Positions 36,919 through 47,326 are shown, counted from the stretch's first letter. The stretch is DNA of 64,000 nt from Candidatus Beckwithbacteria bacterium CG10_big_fil_rev_8_21_14_0_10_34_10 (GCA_002773945.1 PEZT01000016.1:11655-75654); one strand, 5' to 3'. The notes: a model not told the origin generated them from the letters alone. Made by a program: numbers and translations.

Positions 36919-37905
36919 CTATTTTACTAAGTTATTAAAAAGGGTTTGATAATCTTGGGCTACTTTTTCCCATGAAAACTTTTCCGCCTGTTTTCTAGGA
37001 ATGTTACCCCAATCCCTTTCTAATCCTCGACTTAGTTTTTGGGCATACTGGTCAATATTCTTGGGATTTACCAAATAACCTGCCTGACCAATAATTTCTC
37101 GACGCAAACTGTCATTGGGAGCAACGACGGCTAAATTCTCCGCCATGGCTTCTAAATAACAAACCCCAAAGGCCTCTCGACTATTGGAGGGCAGAGTAAA
37201 AAGATCAGCCGTTTTATAAACTTGCGGCATAACTTGATGGTCAAATCTACTAACTAAAAACCTTTTATTGCCCAAAAGACTTCTTCCTAAAGACAAATTT
37301 TTTTCTGACTGACTACCGGCAATTAGTAAACTTCCCTTTGGTAATTTAGCAACCGCTTTAATTGCTAAATCAATTCTTTTGAAATCTTCCGAACCAGCCA
37401 CAGTTAATATTATTGGTTTTTCTAGATTAATAGACAGAGGTTTTACCCGAGGATTAAACTTCTTAATATCTACTCCATGGGGAATTCTAGCCAATTTTAC
37501 ATGAGGAGCCATTTTCTGAGCCCACTTTCTTCCTTTAATGCTTAAAGCTACAAATGTATTAGGCCAAAGCCAAAGATTAAAAAGATCATCTCTGCCAATT
37601 CCAGCATGGCCACCGATAACTATTTTGCTTTTTGAAAACAGAGCTAATAAGCGACAAAAAAAGGCCTGCCACCGACCATTTAAAGGATAAATAATATCTG
37701 GTTTAGTCCTATTAATTTTGGGTAAAACTTTTAAAGTAAAAAGCAAAGTTGACAAGTTTGAATATTTACTTATTTTCTTCTCTTTATTCCCTTTAAAAAT
37801 TGTGACTTTGTTATTCTTTTTCAATCTTGAAGACAACTCCTTAACAAAGGTTTCCACCCCTCGATCAATTAGACCACTGTAAAAACTTAAAAAAGCAATT
37901 TTCAT
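36919..37905 (-). CDS. GT4 glycosyltransferase
   Basis: RGVE, PHGVD, KRID, EAFGVCYLEAMA, FSWEK. Confidence 0.9.
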   Translation of the reverse strand: MKIAFLSFYSGLIDRGVETFVKELSSRLKKNNKVTIFKGNKEKKISKYSNLSTLLFTLKVLPKINRTKPDIIYPLNGRWQAFFCRLLALFSKSKIVIGGHAGIGRDDLFNLWLWPNTFVALSIKGRKWAQKMAPHVKLARIPHGVDIKKFNPRVKPLSINLEKPIILTVAGSEDFKRIDLAIKAVAKLPKGSLLIAGSQSEKNLSLGRSLLGNKRFLVSRFDHQVMPQVYKTADLFTLPSNSREAFGVCYLEAMAENLAVVAPNDSLRREIIGQAGYLVNPKNIDQYAQKLSRGLERDWGNIPRKQAEKFSWEKVAQDYQTLFNNLVK

Positions 37906-37958
37906 CTAAAAATCTATCTTTTATTAGTTAATAAACTAAGCTACAATTAGAAAAACTA

Positions 37959-39206
37959 ATGAAAAAAGAATCAATTATTTTATTAATTCTCTCCATTTCC
38001 TTTCTTTTAATAAGATTATATCAACTTCCCTATACAGTCAATTATTCTATGGACCAAGGAACGACTCTTTTAAAAACATATAGTCTTTGGCAGGAAAAAA
38101 AATTTACCCTTATTGGGCCGGAAACATCAATAAAATCAACTGATAAACACAGTTTTTTTTATGCTCCCTGGATATATTATTTCCTTCTCCCTTTTATGCT
38201 TGTAAGTAATTGGGAGCCCTTAGCTGGTTCTTTTCTTTTTATTCTTCTAAATTTATGGGCTTTGTTTTTTTTATTTAAAGGAGTAAAGGAAAAATTTAAT
38301 CTAAAAACTGCTTTAATAGTTAGCATAATATTCACTTTCAGTCCTAAAATGGTTTACTTTTCCCAGTTTTTTTGGAACCCCAATTTTCTTGTTTTTTGTT
38401 CAAGTCTGCTTTTTTATTTTTGGGTTAAACTTAATAAAAAAGAGGATAATTTCTTAAACATATTTTTATCAGGACTGGTGATTGGTTTTGGTCTGGGAAA
38501 TCACTACCTTTTTATTTTAGTGGCTTTGCCTTTTACCCTCTGGATGATCAGCCAAAAGAACTCTTGGAAAAGTGTTTTTATCTTAGTTGAGGGTATTTTG
38601 CTCGGCCTATTACCTTTAGTTGTTTTTGAAATAAAACACAATTTTTATAATTTAAAAACAATTTTCTCAATTATTAGCAAGGGGACAGAAGAAGCCATCA
38701 GTCTACCTTTGCCATTTCACTATTATTTAAGCCTTGTTCCCCTAATCTACCTTTTAATAGCTTTAGCAATAGAAAAAATAGATAAGAAAATTCCCAAACT
38801 AGGACTTGGGATAACCATATGTTTTATTATCTATTCTTTAACCCAACTTATCCCAAAAGCTCAGGCCGGTTACACTATGCCTCCAGGCTGGAACTATAAG
38901 GGAGTTAAAAAAGCCAGCCAGATAATCTTAAAGGAAAACAAAAAAGAATATAATATTGTCAATCTTTTATCTGGTGACACCAGGTCTTATGGATTAAGAT
39001 TTATTTTGACTAAGGAAAAAAATCCACCCCTAAAGGTAAACGAATACCCTGTTTCTGATTATCTTTTTATCCTCTCTTATAAAAAACCAGAAACTGTAAT
39101 CACTGATCCTGTCTGGGAAATTAGTTCTTTTTGTCCTTGCCTAGTCTCTAAAAAATGGGAAATCCAAAACAAAATTAATCTCTACTTATTAAGGAAAACT
39201 AATTAG
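37959..39206 (+). CDS. GT-C-like polytopic membrane protein
   Basis: R-L..DQG first loop, LIGP, SQFFWNPN, ~10 TM helices. Confidence 0.72.
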   Translation: MKKESIILLILSISFLLIRLYQLPYTVNYSMDQGTTLLKTYSLWQEKKFTLIGPETSIKSTDKHSFFYAPWIYYFLLPFMLVSNWEPLAGSFLFILLNLWALFFLFKGVKEKFNLKTALIVSIIFTFSPKMVYFSQFFWNPNFLVFCSSLLFYFWVKLNKKEDNFLNIFLSGLVIGFGLGNHYLFILVALPFTLWMISQKNSWKSVFILVEGILLGLLPLVVFEIKHNFYNLKTIFSIISKGTEEAISLPLPFHYYLSLVPLIYLLIALAIEKIDKKIPKLGLGITICFIIYSLTQLIPKAQAGYTMPPGWNYKGVKKASQIILKENKKEYNIVNLLSGDTRSYGLRFILTKEKNPPLKVNEYPVSDYLFILSYKKPETVITDPVWEISSFCPCLVSKKWEIQNKINLYLLRKTN

Positions 39207-40051
39207 TTTTCTTTCCAACCAGTTACTTTTCTTTTTAATTTTTTTAAAGGAGTCTGACCAACAGCTATAAGATAGTGAAAAAAGGGCATTTTATAGAATG
39301 GACTGGGAACAGATTTTGGCCTAGATTTATAAAAAACTTCTGGAACAGCAATCCAATCAGGTCTTTTGATCCCAATTTCATATTTTCTTTTTCTTTTTCT
39401 CATCATTACTTCTCTATCTTTTTTTAAGACTGCCGAGCGGGGTAAATAAGACATATGCCAGTAATAAACATCAGTTAAATATTTATTCCTATCCCTATTT
39501 TTCACCAAAGTCTTCTTGTTTTGCTCATAAAAACCTTCTTTTCCATAAGGACCAGCCGCATAAAGACCTTTAATGTTACCCCGAAACAAACGGTTAGAAA
39601 AAAAACCCTTTACTCCAATTGGCCCGTGAGGAGTCTTCCCAATAAAAGTTTCTGGATGAAGATAACGAATATCTCCCACAAAGTTTATCGGACGAACACA
39701 TAAACTATAAATATTATCAGGAACGTTTTTAATTTTTTGAAGTAATTTTTTTAGACTTGTTTCTGGCCAGATTTCATCACCATCTAAAATCCAAATCCAA
39801 TCTGCTTTAGTTTGTTTTAGCATTTGATTTCTCACTTTTCCATAATCTTCTTGAGAAACCTTGCCCACCTGTTTAAACTCAATCTTCCTACTCTTAATCA
39901 GCTTAATTATTTCCACTGTCTTATCAGTTGAACCCGTATCCCAAACTAATATTTTGTCTACTAAAGGCAAAACAGAATTCAAAGCATACCAAATCCAACG
40001 CTCTTCATTCTTAACCAAACAATTAACCCAAATTAATGGCTTTTTTCTCAT
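39203..40051 (-). CDS. GT2 glycosyltransferase
   Basis: VKNEE, DTGSTDKT, ILDGDE. Confidence 0.87.
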   Translation of the reverse strand: MRKKPLIWVNCLVKNEERWIWYALNSVLPLVDKILVWDTGSTDKTVEIIKLIKSRKIEFKQVGKVSQEDYGKVRNQMLKQTKADWIWILDGDEIWPETSLKKLLQKIKNVPDNIYSLCVRPINFVGDIRYLHPETFIGKTPHGPIGVKGFFSNRLFRGNIKGLYAAGPYGKEGFYEQNKKTLVKNRDRNKYLTDVYYWHMSYLPRSAVLKKDREVMMRKRKRKYEIGIKRPDWIAVPEVFYKSRPKSVPSPFYKMPFFHYLIAVGQTPLKKLKRKVTGWKEN

Positions 40052-41315
40052 GTTTCTTAAGCTGAATAAATAAATAAAGATAGTTAAAGATAAAAATTAA
40101 AATATTAGCGACTAATAAAGCTAAGGCTGCTCCCTGAGCTTGAAACTTTACTAACCATCTCTGATTAAGAACAAATAAAGTTAATACCTGAACAAAAGAA
40201 TCTAGGGCAAAAATAAAAGATTTATTCAAAGGATAAAAAACCGAGTTTAAAGGGGTAATTGCTAACCTGAAAAAACCAGCCACCACTAAAATTTTTAAAA
40301 TTGGGACTGAAGCAGAATACTGGCTTCCCAGTAATAAAGGTAAGAAACTGGTTAAAGGAAACAGAATTAAGCAAATAATTAAAAACAAGATCTGGATAAC
40401 AAAAACCTTTTTTATAAAAGCTTTTATATGGCTAAATTCCAAAAACTCTGAAGCCCGACTGACTAAAACTGTCCCCAGGGCACCGGCAAAAAGATAAAAA
40501 GGCAATAAAAACTTTTCCGCGGCTGAATAAATTCCAGTCTGGTAAGTCGAAAGTTTAGCTGAAACCATAAAAACATTAAGGTTTTCTCCTAGAGCTGCCA
40601 AAATTACAGAAACAGCCATCCAAGAAGCAAATTTCTTTAGGGTCTTAAATTCCTGAGAATGGAACTTAATTCTTAATCTTAATTTTGTTCTAGGAAAAAA
40701 GATTAAAGCAGAAATAAAAGGTCCTAAAAGATAAATAATAATATATTCTTTAAAAGAAGAGAAAAAAACAAACAAGAAAACAACCACTAGTAATTTAATT
40801 AAATTAGAAACAATATATATTGACGTACTCTCTAAAAAACGCTTATTAGCTTCAAAGAAAACTCTCACCAAATCATAAAAAACAAAAAAGGCAAAAAATA
40901 AAATTACCAATCTATTTGCTCCAGAAGTTAACGGCGCTTTAAAAAGATTAATTGATAGCCAATCAACTAAAAGCAAACCTAAAAGCGCGGTTAAAACAGT
41001 AATTATTAGCTTAACCGTAAAAACTGTTTCAAATATCCTAATAATTTTTTTGTCCTCTTTTTTTGCCCTGGCTTGAGAAATATCCTTTACCATGGCAAAA
41101 TTCAGGCCAAAATCAGCTAGTTTGGAAAGAAGAGTAAAAAAGGAAAAAGAAATTGAAAAAACTCCAAAACCAGCTGGTCCTAAAAACCGAGATAATAGAA
41201 TAATTAATACCATTCCCATAAAGCCGGCAATGGAATTACCCGCAAAAACAGTATAGGTATTCTTCGCCGTTCTGGTTTTACCTAAGTTAAATAAACTATT
41301 AATAATCTTTTTCAT
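40023..41315 (-). CDS. wzx: Wzx/MOP-family oligosaccharide flippase
   Basis: ~12 TM helices; SRFLGPAGFG, DFGL, GIYSAA, GAALA. Confidence 0.85.
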   Translation of the reverse strand: MKKIINSLFNLGKTRTAKNTYTVFAGNSIAGFMGMVLIILLSRFLGPAGFGVFSISFSFFTLLSKLADFGLNFAMVKDISQARAKKEDKKIIRIFETVFTVKLIITVLTALLGLLLVDWLSINLFKAPLTSGANRLVILFFAFFVFYDLVRVFFEANKRFLESTSIYIVSNLIKLLVVVFLFVFFSSFKEYIIIYLLGPFISALIFFPRTKLRLRIKFHSQEFKTLKKFASWMAVSVILAALGENLNVFMVSAKLSTYQTGIYSAAEKFLLPFYLFAGALGTVLVSRASEFLEFSHIKAFIKKVFVIQILFLIICLILFPLTSFLPLLLGSQYSASVPILKILVVAGFFRLAITPLNSVFYPLNKSFIFALDSFVQVLTLFVLNQRWLVKFQAQGAALALLVANILIFIFNYLYLFIQLKKHEKKAINLG

Positions 41316-42889
41316 TATTTCTTTTCAAAACTTTTAATTCTTAAAAAATTAAACAAGAATATTAAAAAAGCAGTTATAAAAGCAACAAAACTTATAAGTA
41401 AGCCGGCTGATTTGAAAACTATCGGTTTATATTGAGATGCCTGGCTTAAAAAGACACTAATAGGCCAAAGCTGATAATAAGAGGAAACGGCTGTCTTAAG
41501 ACCAATTAGGCTGAAAATAAACCACCAAAACATTAAAATCTTCACTCCCAAAAGCTTAAATTTCTTGGGTATCAAAGCTAATAACCCCAAAAGGATAAAA
41601 AACATATGAGAAACTATAGTAGGAAAAAAATATCTTCCTTGAATACCAAAAGAAAAACCATGACTCTGTCTAAAAAAGTAATCCCAGAAAATAATAGCAA
41701 AATAGTAAATAGCGGCCGCTACTAATAAGAAAAATATTTTAAGATTTTTTGGGCTTTTCAACTTTCTTGACTTGATCTGTTTTAAAAAGAAAATCAGAAG
41801 ACCTAAGCTACTTATAATTAAAAGCCTTGCCTGAACTTGGTTAACCCAGCGGGGTAAGGTCACTCCCAACCAATTGAAAACACCCCAATACCAGGGAATT
41901 GTTTCCGCCACCGTGTGCTGCAAGTGCCATAAAAGGTACTGCCAAAGGTTTTCGGCCAATTTTGAACTCTCACCAGGGTTATACTCCGGAATATCAATTT
42001 TTCCCTGAGTGGCAATTAAATAAATAATTACCCCTGAAGCAATTATTCCAATGCTTATCTTTCTTGCTTTTTTATTTCTTTTAAAAAGGGAAAGCAAAAA
42101 AGAAAGAAAGATAATGGGCAAAGCAATAATAATCTGTTTCTTTGTTTTTAAACCAATAAAAAGGGACAAAATAAGAAGAAAAAAATAAAATAGGTTCTCT
42201 TTTTTTATTAATAATTTTGGTTTAATAAACATCAACTTCAAACAAGCATAAATAATCAGAGTAAAAACTAAATTAAATAAGTTATCACTGCTAACTCCGG
42301 CCGAGACAAAAGAAAACATTGGCTGAAAAGCAACCAAAAAAGTTAAGGCTAATCTAAAATACTCTTTTTTGAAAATTTCTTTAGAAATTAAATAGACAAT
42401 AAAAACAGTTAGGGTAGACAAAATAACGGACAAAAAACGAGAGCTGAAAACCCTAACAAACAAATCATCTTGATAAAAGAACTTATAAATTAAAGAGTCA
42501 AGAAAATAATAGGCCGGATCATACCTAGCCGCTTCTTTCTTGACCATTGTTTGCCGATTCTCTTGGTTATTCAAATTAGTTATTTCTTTTTCGTGTAAGC
42601 CCGTTTCTTCTTTAAGATAAGGAATTTTAAACTCAGGATGGTAAGTAAATTTATTAATTCCCCTTTGGTCACGCTTTGTTCCTAAAAGTTCTGAAGAAAT
42701 ATCAATTTCTTGATTAACATCATTTTTAACTTGAGTCCCCTTAAGGGAAAAGCCTTTTTCCGCCTGAAAGGCCACATTGGCAAAATGCTGTTCTTCGTCA
42801 GGAAAATGCCAGATAGGAATTACTCCGAGCCAAAATAGCTGTTTTAAAAAATGGGCTAATAATAATAGAACAATTAATATTTTCTTCAT
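41315..42889 (-). CDS. DUF2142-like GT-C membrane protein
   Basis: P.W.FPDEEQH, P.YY, GVSSDN, WGVFNW, QGRYFFP. Confidence 0.75.
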   Translation of the reverse strand: MKKILIVLLLLAHFLKQLFWLGVIPIWHFPDEEQHFANVAFQAEKGFSLKGTQVKNDVNQEIDISSELLGTKRDQRGINKFTYHPEFKIPYLKEETGLHEKEITNLNNQENRQTMVKKEAARYDPAYYFLDSLIYKFFYQDDLFVRVFSSRFLSVILSTLTVFIVYLISKEIFKKEYFRLALTFLVAFQPMFSFVSAGVSSDNLFNLVFTLIIYACLKLMFIKPKLLIKKENLFYFFLLILSLFIGLKTKKQIIIALPIIFLSFLLSLFKRNKKARKISIGIIASGVIIYLIATQGKIDIPEYNPGESSKLAENLWQYLLWHLQHTVAETIPWYWGVFNWLGVTLPRWVNQVQARLLIISSLGLLIFFLKQIKSRKLKSPKNLKIFFLLVAAAIYYFAIIFWDYFFRQSHGFSFGIQGRYFFPTIVSHMFFILLGLLALIPKKFKLLGVKILMFWWFIFSLIGLKTAVSSYYQLWPISVFLSQASQYKPIVFKSAGLLISFVAFITAFLIFLFNFLRIKSFEKK

Positions 42890-42958
42890 TATCTATTTAG
42901 TTAATTTTATCGCTTCCATAGAGATTTTACCAATTTAGAAGATCAGCCTCAATTAGGT

Positions 42959-42964
42959 TATAAT
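42959..42964 (+). promoter_or_regulatory. -10 box placed for a leaderless transcript
   Basis: TATAAT followed by 6 nt and the ATG at 42971; no SD. Confidence 0.55.
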
Positions 42965-42970
42965 TAAAAT

Positions 42971-44278
42971 ATGAAACAAAAAAACTTTTTCTGGTATATT
43001 CTTATCTTTGTTAGTTTAGGGGTAATTTCTTTCTGGACTTTGGCTTTCTTTTTAACAGAAAATAAACCCATTCACGTTCCTCTTTTTGTGGAAATTGATT
43101 TTAAAAACTATTGGTATTTATTTCCTTTAGCTCTATTAAACTATTATTTACTTTTAAAGTCAGGCTTGAATAAAAAGGTAAAGCTGGTTCTCTTTTACTG
43201 CCTTTCTTTTTCGCTTATTGTTGTCTTAAATTCTTTTAAACAAAGCTTAAATCTGACAACTCCGTTAATTGATCAAAATAACTACTACCAAGATGCTCTA
43301 GAGATTACTAATCTTAGACGTTTTATTGCCAGTTTTGACCGAAGGACTTTTTTTCATCACCTCCATACCCGAACTCACCCACCCGGACCGGTCCTCTTTC
43401 ATTATTTTTTAAACCAGCTTTTTCCAAGACTAACCATTATTAATGCCTTGGCAATAATCTTAATCTCAAGTTTAAATATTTTTGTTGTCTATAAAATAAG
43501 CTCTTTTTTTAAAAATATCAATAAAAACTTCAATCTTATTCTTTTGCTTTCCTCTCCCGGCTTTTTACTCTATTCAGCCACTTGCATGGATGCTGTTTTT
43601 GCCTTTTTAATCTCAATTTCTATATACTTTTTACTAATATTAACTAGAAACTACTCTTTAAAAAATATTATTTTAGCTAGTCTTTGGATATTTTTAGCTA
43701 CTTTTTTTACTTATGCCAGCATTATTATTCCTCTTTTCAGCCTATTTTTTATTATTCTTAATAAGTTTAAAAATAAAAAATATATTCTTAGTCAAATATT
43801 TATAATTTTTCTAGTCCTATTCATTTACTTTATTTTGAATATAACAACCGGTTTTAAACCAATGGCTACCTTTTTCTCGGCTAAAAATTTCAACACTATG
43901 CTCATGCCTGATATTTTTATGACCTTTAAGCGTTATATTTATTCTATCAGTGCTAACTTGGTAGAATATATTATCTTTTTAGGCTTACCCATTTTGAGCC
44001 TTTTAATTTTAACTATTATTAACCTAGTAAAAGACAAAAAAGAAAAGGGAAGATTTAATTATTATCTGGCTTTTCTTATTCCCATGATTTTTCTTAATTT
44101 AGGAGGAATATATAAAACAGGTCAAGTTTCCGGAGAGACAGGCAGAATCTGGCTTTTTTTAACCCCTTTGATTATTGCGGGTTTAAAAATAAATAATAAA
44201 AAAGATTTAGTTATTGGTTCCTTTTTATCTTTCGGCCAAGCAATTATAATACAAATAGCCTTTAATACTTATTGGTAA
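42971..44278 (+). CDS. GT-C-like polytopic membrane protein
   Basis: YYQD, HTRTHPPGP, SAT.MDA, GETGRIWLFL; many TM helices. Confidence 0.7.
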   Translation: MKQKNFFWYILIFVSLGVISFWTLAFFLTENKPIHVPLFVEIDFKNYWYLFPLALLNYYLLLKSGLNKKVKLVLFYCLSFSLIVVLNSFKQSLNLTTPLIDQNNYYQDALEITNLRRFIASFDRRTFFHHLHTRTHPPGPVLFHYFLNQLFPRLTIINALAIILISSLNIFVVYKISSFFKNINKNFNLILLLSSPGFLLYSATCMDAVFAFLISISIYFLLILTRNYSLKNIILASLWIFLATFFTYASIIIPLFSLFFIILNKFKNKKYILSQIFIIFLVLFIYFILNITTGFKPMATFFSAKNFNTMLMPDIFMTFKRYIYSISANLVEYIIFLGLPILSLLILTIINLVKDKKEKGRFNYYLAFLIPMIFLNLGGIYKTGQVSGETGRIWLFLTPLIIAGLKINNKKDLVIGSFLSFGQAIIIQIAFNTYW

Positions 44279-44298
44279 ATAGAAAAATCTAAAACCAG

Positions 44299-45429
44299 AT
44301 GAAAAGTTTAAAAATTTTAAATATACTTTTACTTTTAGCAATTTCTCTCTCCTTTATTACCTTTTTAATTAAAAACATTAGTTTTTATCAACCCGAGTTT
44401 AATTTGGGAAAATTGGAACTACTTTATTCCCAATCTCAATTCGCTCAAAATCCGGATGATAGAAAACAAATAATTGAAGATGAAGATTTATATGCCTATA
44501 GCGGCTGGAAATATTTAACCACCGGCAAGCTTGATCAAATTAATATTGAACATCCGCCTCTAGGAAAATATATGATTGGTTTTTCTATTCTTCTGTTTAA
44601 AAACCAAAATATTGGTCAAATTTTCTGGGGTATTATATTTTTAGTTCTTTTTTATAAGCTGGCTTTAAAAACAACCAAAAACATTCCTCTGTCCCTGGCA
44701 TTAATTCTTATTTTTCTCCAAGAAAAAATCTTTCAAGAGCAATTAACCCATTCTTTGTTAGACCTATCCCTGGCTGTTTTCTTATTAGCCTTTTTTCTTA
44801 ACTTAGTTAGTCAGAATAAGGAAAGTAAAATAAACCTTATTACTCAGGGTTTACTTTTAGGAATAATTAGCAGTCTTAAATACCCGACTATTGGTTTTAT
44901 TGCCTGGTTAACAATGATTCTATATTTTTTTGTAAAAAAAGAAAAAAATATCCTTAAAAAAATATTAATTCCTGGTTTGGTTGCTTTTTTTGTCTTCCTT
45001 TTTTCTTATTTTCCATTTTTTTTAAAAAACCCTCAGCCAATTTCTTTTTTTAATCTTCAGCTTGAAGCCCTAAAAATCCATCTTTCTCATGTCCCTGAAT
45101 ATCCTAAAGGTCAAGTTTTTAAGGTATTATCCTTTAACCGCTGGCTAACCTGGTGGGGCAGTGAAAAGTACATTAAGACCGTTTTCTGGAATTTTTTATG
45201 GCCAGTTTTAAGCCTAAATTTTCTCTTCAGTCTTATTTTTTTTAAGAAGTTATTTAAGAAAAACTTATTAGTAAATTTTTGGTCTTTAAATTATCTTCTT
45301 TTTTTAAGTTTAAGGTTGTTTTTCCCCCGTTATCTCTTTTTACTTTTACCCTTTTTGTACCTAAACTTATGCTATAATGGGCTTTATCTTTATAAAGCAA
45401 TTCAGGCAGGAGGAGAAAGAAAAAGATGA
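44299..45429 (+). CDS. PMT/GT39-like membrane glycosyltransferase
   Basis: EDEDLY, NIEHPPLGKY (PMT-type HPPL motif), LLD, RY. Confidence 0.75.
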   Translation: MKSLKILNILLLLAISLSFITFLIKNISFYQPEFNLGKLELLYSQSQFAQNPDDRKQIIEDEDLYAYSGWKYLTTGKLDQINIEHPPLGKYMIGFSILLFKNQNIGQIFWGIIFLVLFYKLALKTTKNIPLSLALILIFLQEKIFQEQLTHSLLDLSLAVFLLAFFLNLVSQNKESKINLITQGLLLGIISSLKYPTIGFIAWLTMILYFFVKKEKNILKKILIPGLVAFFVFLFSYFPFFLKNPQPISFFNLQLEALKIHLSHVPEYPKGQVFKVLSFNRWLTWWGSEKYIKTVFWNFLWPVLSLNFLFSLIFFKKLFKKNLLVNFWSLNYLLFLSLRLFFPRYLFLLLPFLYLNLCYNGLYLYKAIQAGGERKR

Positions 45430-46388
45430 AAAAAGTCCTTATTACTGGCGGAGCGGGTTTTATTGGCTCTCACCTTAGTGAAGAATTTTTAAATCTTGGT
45501 TATCAAGTAACTTGTTTGGACAATTTTATTACCGGCCAAAAGAAAAACATCAGTCGCCTAGCTGCCAGCCCAAACTTTAAGTTAATTAAAAGTGATGTTT
45601 CCAAAAAATCAACTTATGAATTACTTGACCAACCCTATTCTTTAATCCTCCATTTTGCCTCTCCAGCCGGAGCCAACCCCAAATCCCCCCTGTCCTACTA
45701 CAAACTTCCTATTAAAACTTATTTGGTTAATTCCATCGGCACTCACTATCTTTTAAAACTAGCTAAGAAAAATAAGGCTGAGTTTATCTTTGCCTCTACT
45801 TCAGAAGTTTATGGTAATCCCCTAGAACATCCCCAAAAAGAAACCTATTTTGGCAATACTAATCCTGTTGGTCCAAGAGCCTGCTATGACGAATCAAAAA
45901 GATTTGGAGAAATGGTGACCAATACTTATGGGAAAAAACATCAATTGAATACTAAAATCGTTAGAATTTTTAACACCTATGGACCAAGAATGAACCCTAA
46001 AGATGGCCGAGCAATCCCTCTTTTTATCACCCAAGCTCTAAAAAACAAACCAATCAATATTTATGGCACTGGCAAGCAGACCCGCAGTTTCTGCTATATT
46101 GCTGATTTAGTCAAGGGAATTGTTGAAGTCATTAATCTGGGAAAACCAGGAGAAATATATAACTTGGGCAATCCCGAAGAAATTACCATTAATCAAATGG
46201 TAGAAAAAATTATAAACCTAACAAATTCAGAATCTAAAGTAATTTATCAAAAAGAACTCGAAGATGATCCCCAAAAACGCTGCCCTGATATTAGTAAAGC
46301 TAAAAAGGGACTTAATTGGGAACCAAAAGTTTCTTTAGAAAAGGGACTTTTAAAAACAATTGAATATTTTAGGAGGGAAAATGAGTAA
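45426..46388 (+). CDS. uxs: UDP-glucuronate decarboxylase (UDP-xylose synthase)-like SDR
   Basis: TGGAGFIG, HFASPA, ASTSEVYG, GPRACYDESKR, RIFNTYGP, QTRSFCY, DDPQKRCPDI. Confidence 0.85.
   Translation: MKKVLITGGAGFIGSHLSEEFLNLGYQVTCLDNFITGQKKNISRLAASPNFKLIKSDVSKKSTYELLDQPYSLILHFASPAGANPKSPLSYYKLPIKTYLVNSIGTHYLLKLAKKNKAEFIFASTSEVYGNPLEHPQKETYFGNTNPVGPRACYDESKRFGEMVTNTYGKKHQLNTKIVRIFNTYGPRMNPKDGRAIPLFITQALKNKPINIYGTGKQTRSFCYIADLVKGIVEVINLGKPGEIYNLGNPEEITINQMVEKIINLTNSESKVIYQKELEDDPQKRCPDISKAKKGLNWEPKVSLEKGLLKTIEYFRRENE
45450..45476 (+). repeat. 27-bp exact direct repeat, copy 1 (copy 2 at 46405-46431)
   Basis: GGAGCGGGTTTTATTGGCTCTCACCTT near the 5' end of both SDR genes. Confidence 0.9.
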
Positions 46389-47316
46389 ATGTATTGTCAC
46401 TGGTGGAGCGGGTTTTATTGGCTCTCACCTTGCCAGAAGATTAGTTAATGATGGCCACCAAGTAATTATTATTGATAATCTTTGTGAAGGAAAATTAGAA
46501 AATATTGCTGATATTAAGGATAAAATAGAATTTTATAAAAAAGATATTTTAAATCTTCCTTTTTTGCAAAAAATCTTTAAAAATGTTGATTATGTCTTTC
46601 ATGAGGCCGCTTTAAGAAGTGTTGAAAAATCAGTTCATAAACCCTTGGAAACAAATAAAGTAAATATTGAGGGCACTTTAAATGTTTTAGTAGCGGCAAG
46701 AGATAATAAAGTAAAAAGGGTGATTTTTGCCTCTTCTTCTTCTGTTTGCGGAAACCAAAAAACCAAAGTTCTAACTGAATCTCTTTGCCCTAATCCTATT
46801 TCACCCTATGCTTTAAGCAAACTTACAGGTGAATTTTATTTAAAACAGTTTTATAACCTTTATGGTCTAGAAACAATTTCTTTAAGATATTTTAATGTTT
46901 TTGGACCATACCAAGACCCAGCCAATGAATATGCTAATGTTATTCCCATTTTTATTGTTAAAGTGTTAAAAAACAAAAGACCAATAATTCATTGGGATGG
47001 TGAACAATCAAGAGACTTTAATTATATTGATAATGTTGTTAAAGCCAATATCTTGAGCATGAAGGCTGAAAAAACCAAAGGTGAAGTAGTTAATGTTTGT
47101 AATGGCGAACAGTTTAGCGTTAATCAAATGCTTGAACTGATAAATAAGGTTTTAAATAAAAACATTAAAGCTGAAAAGGGACCCAAAAGAGCCGGTGATG
47201 TCAGATCAACCCTAGGTGACCCAAGGTTGGCAGAAAAAGTTATTGGTTTTAGAGCTATCACCAATTTCGAAGAAGGTTTAAGAAAAACCATTAGCTGGTT
47301 TAAAAACCAGCATTAA
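46381..47316 (+). CDS. NDP-sugar 4-epimerase (WbpP/GalE-like SDR)
   Basis: TGGAGFIG, ASSSS, SPYALSK, LRYFNVFGP, GEQSRDF, RAGDV; SD AGGAGG before ATG 46381 (track gives 46360). Confidence 0.85.
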   Translation: MSKCIVTGGAGFIGSHLARRLVNDGHQVIIIDNLCEGKLENIADIKDKIEFYKKDILNLPFLQKIFKNVDYVFHEAALRSVEKSVHKPLETNKVNIEGTLNVLVAARDNKVKRVIFASSSSVCGNQKTKVLTESLCPNPISPYALSKLTGEFYLKQFYNLYGLETISLRYFNVFGPYQDPANEYANVIPIFIVKVLKNKRPIIHWDGEQSRDFNYIDNVVKANILSMKAEKTKGEVVNVCNGEQFSVNQMLELINKVLNKNIKAEKGPKRAGDVRSTLGDPRLAEKVIGFRAITNFEEGLRKTISWFKNQH

Positions 47317-47326
47317 AAACCCGCTA

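Noticed and set aside
42893-42895. In-frame TAG upstream of the DUF2142 gene as stop-codon recoding
   Set aside because: TAG, TGA and TAA all end well-conserved genes here, so there is no evidence for an alternative code
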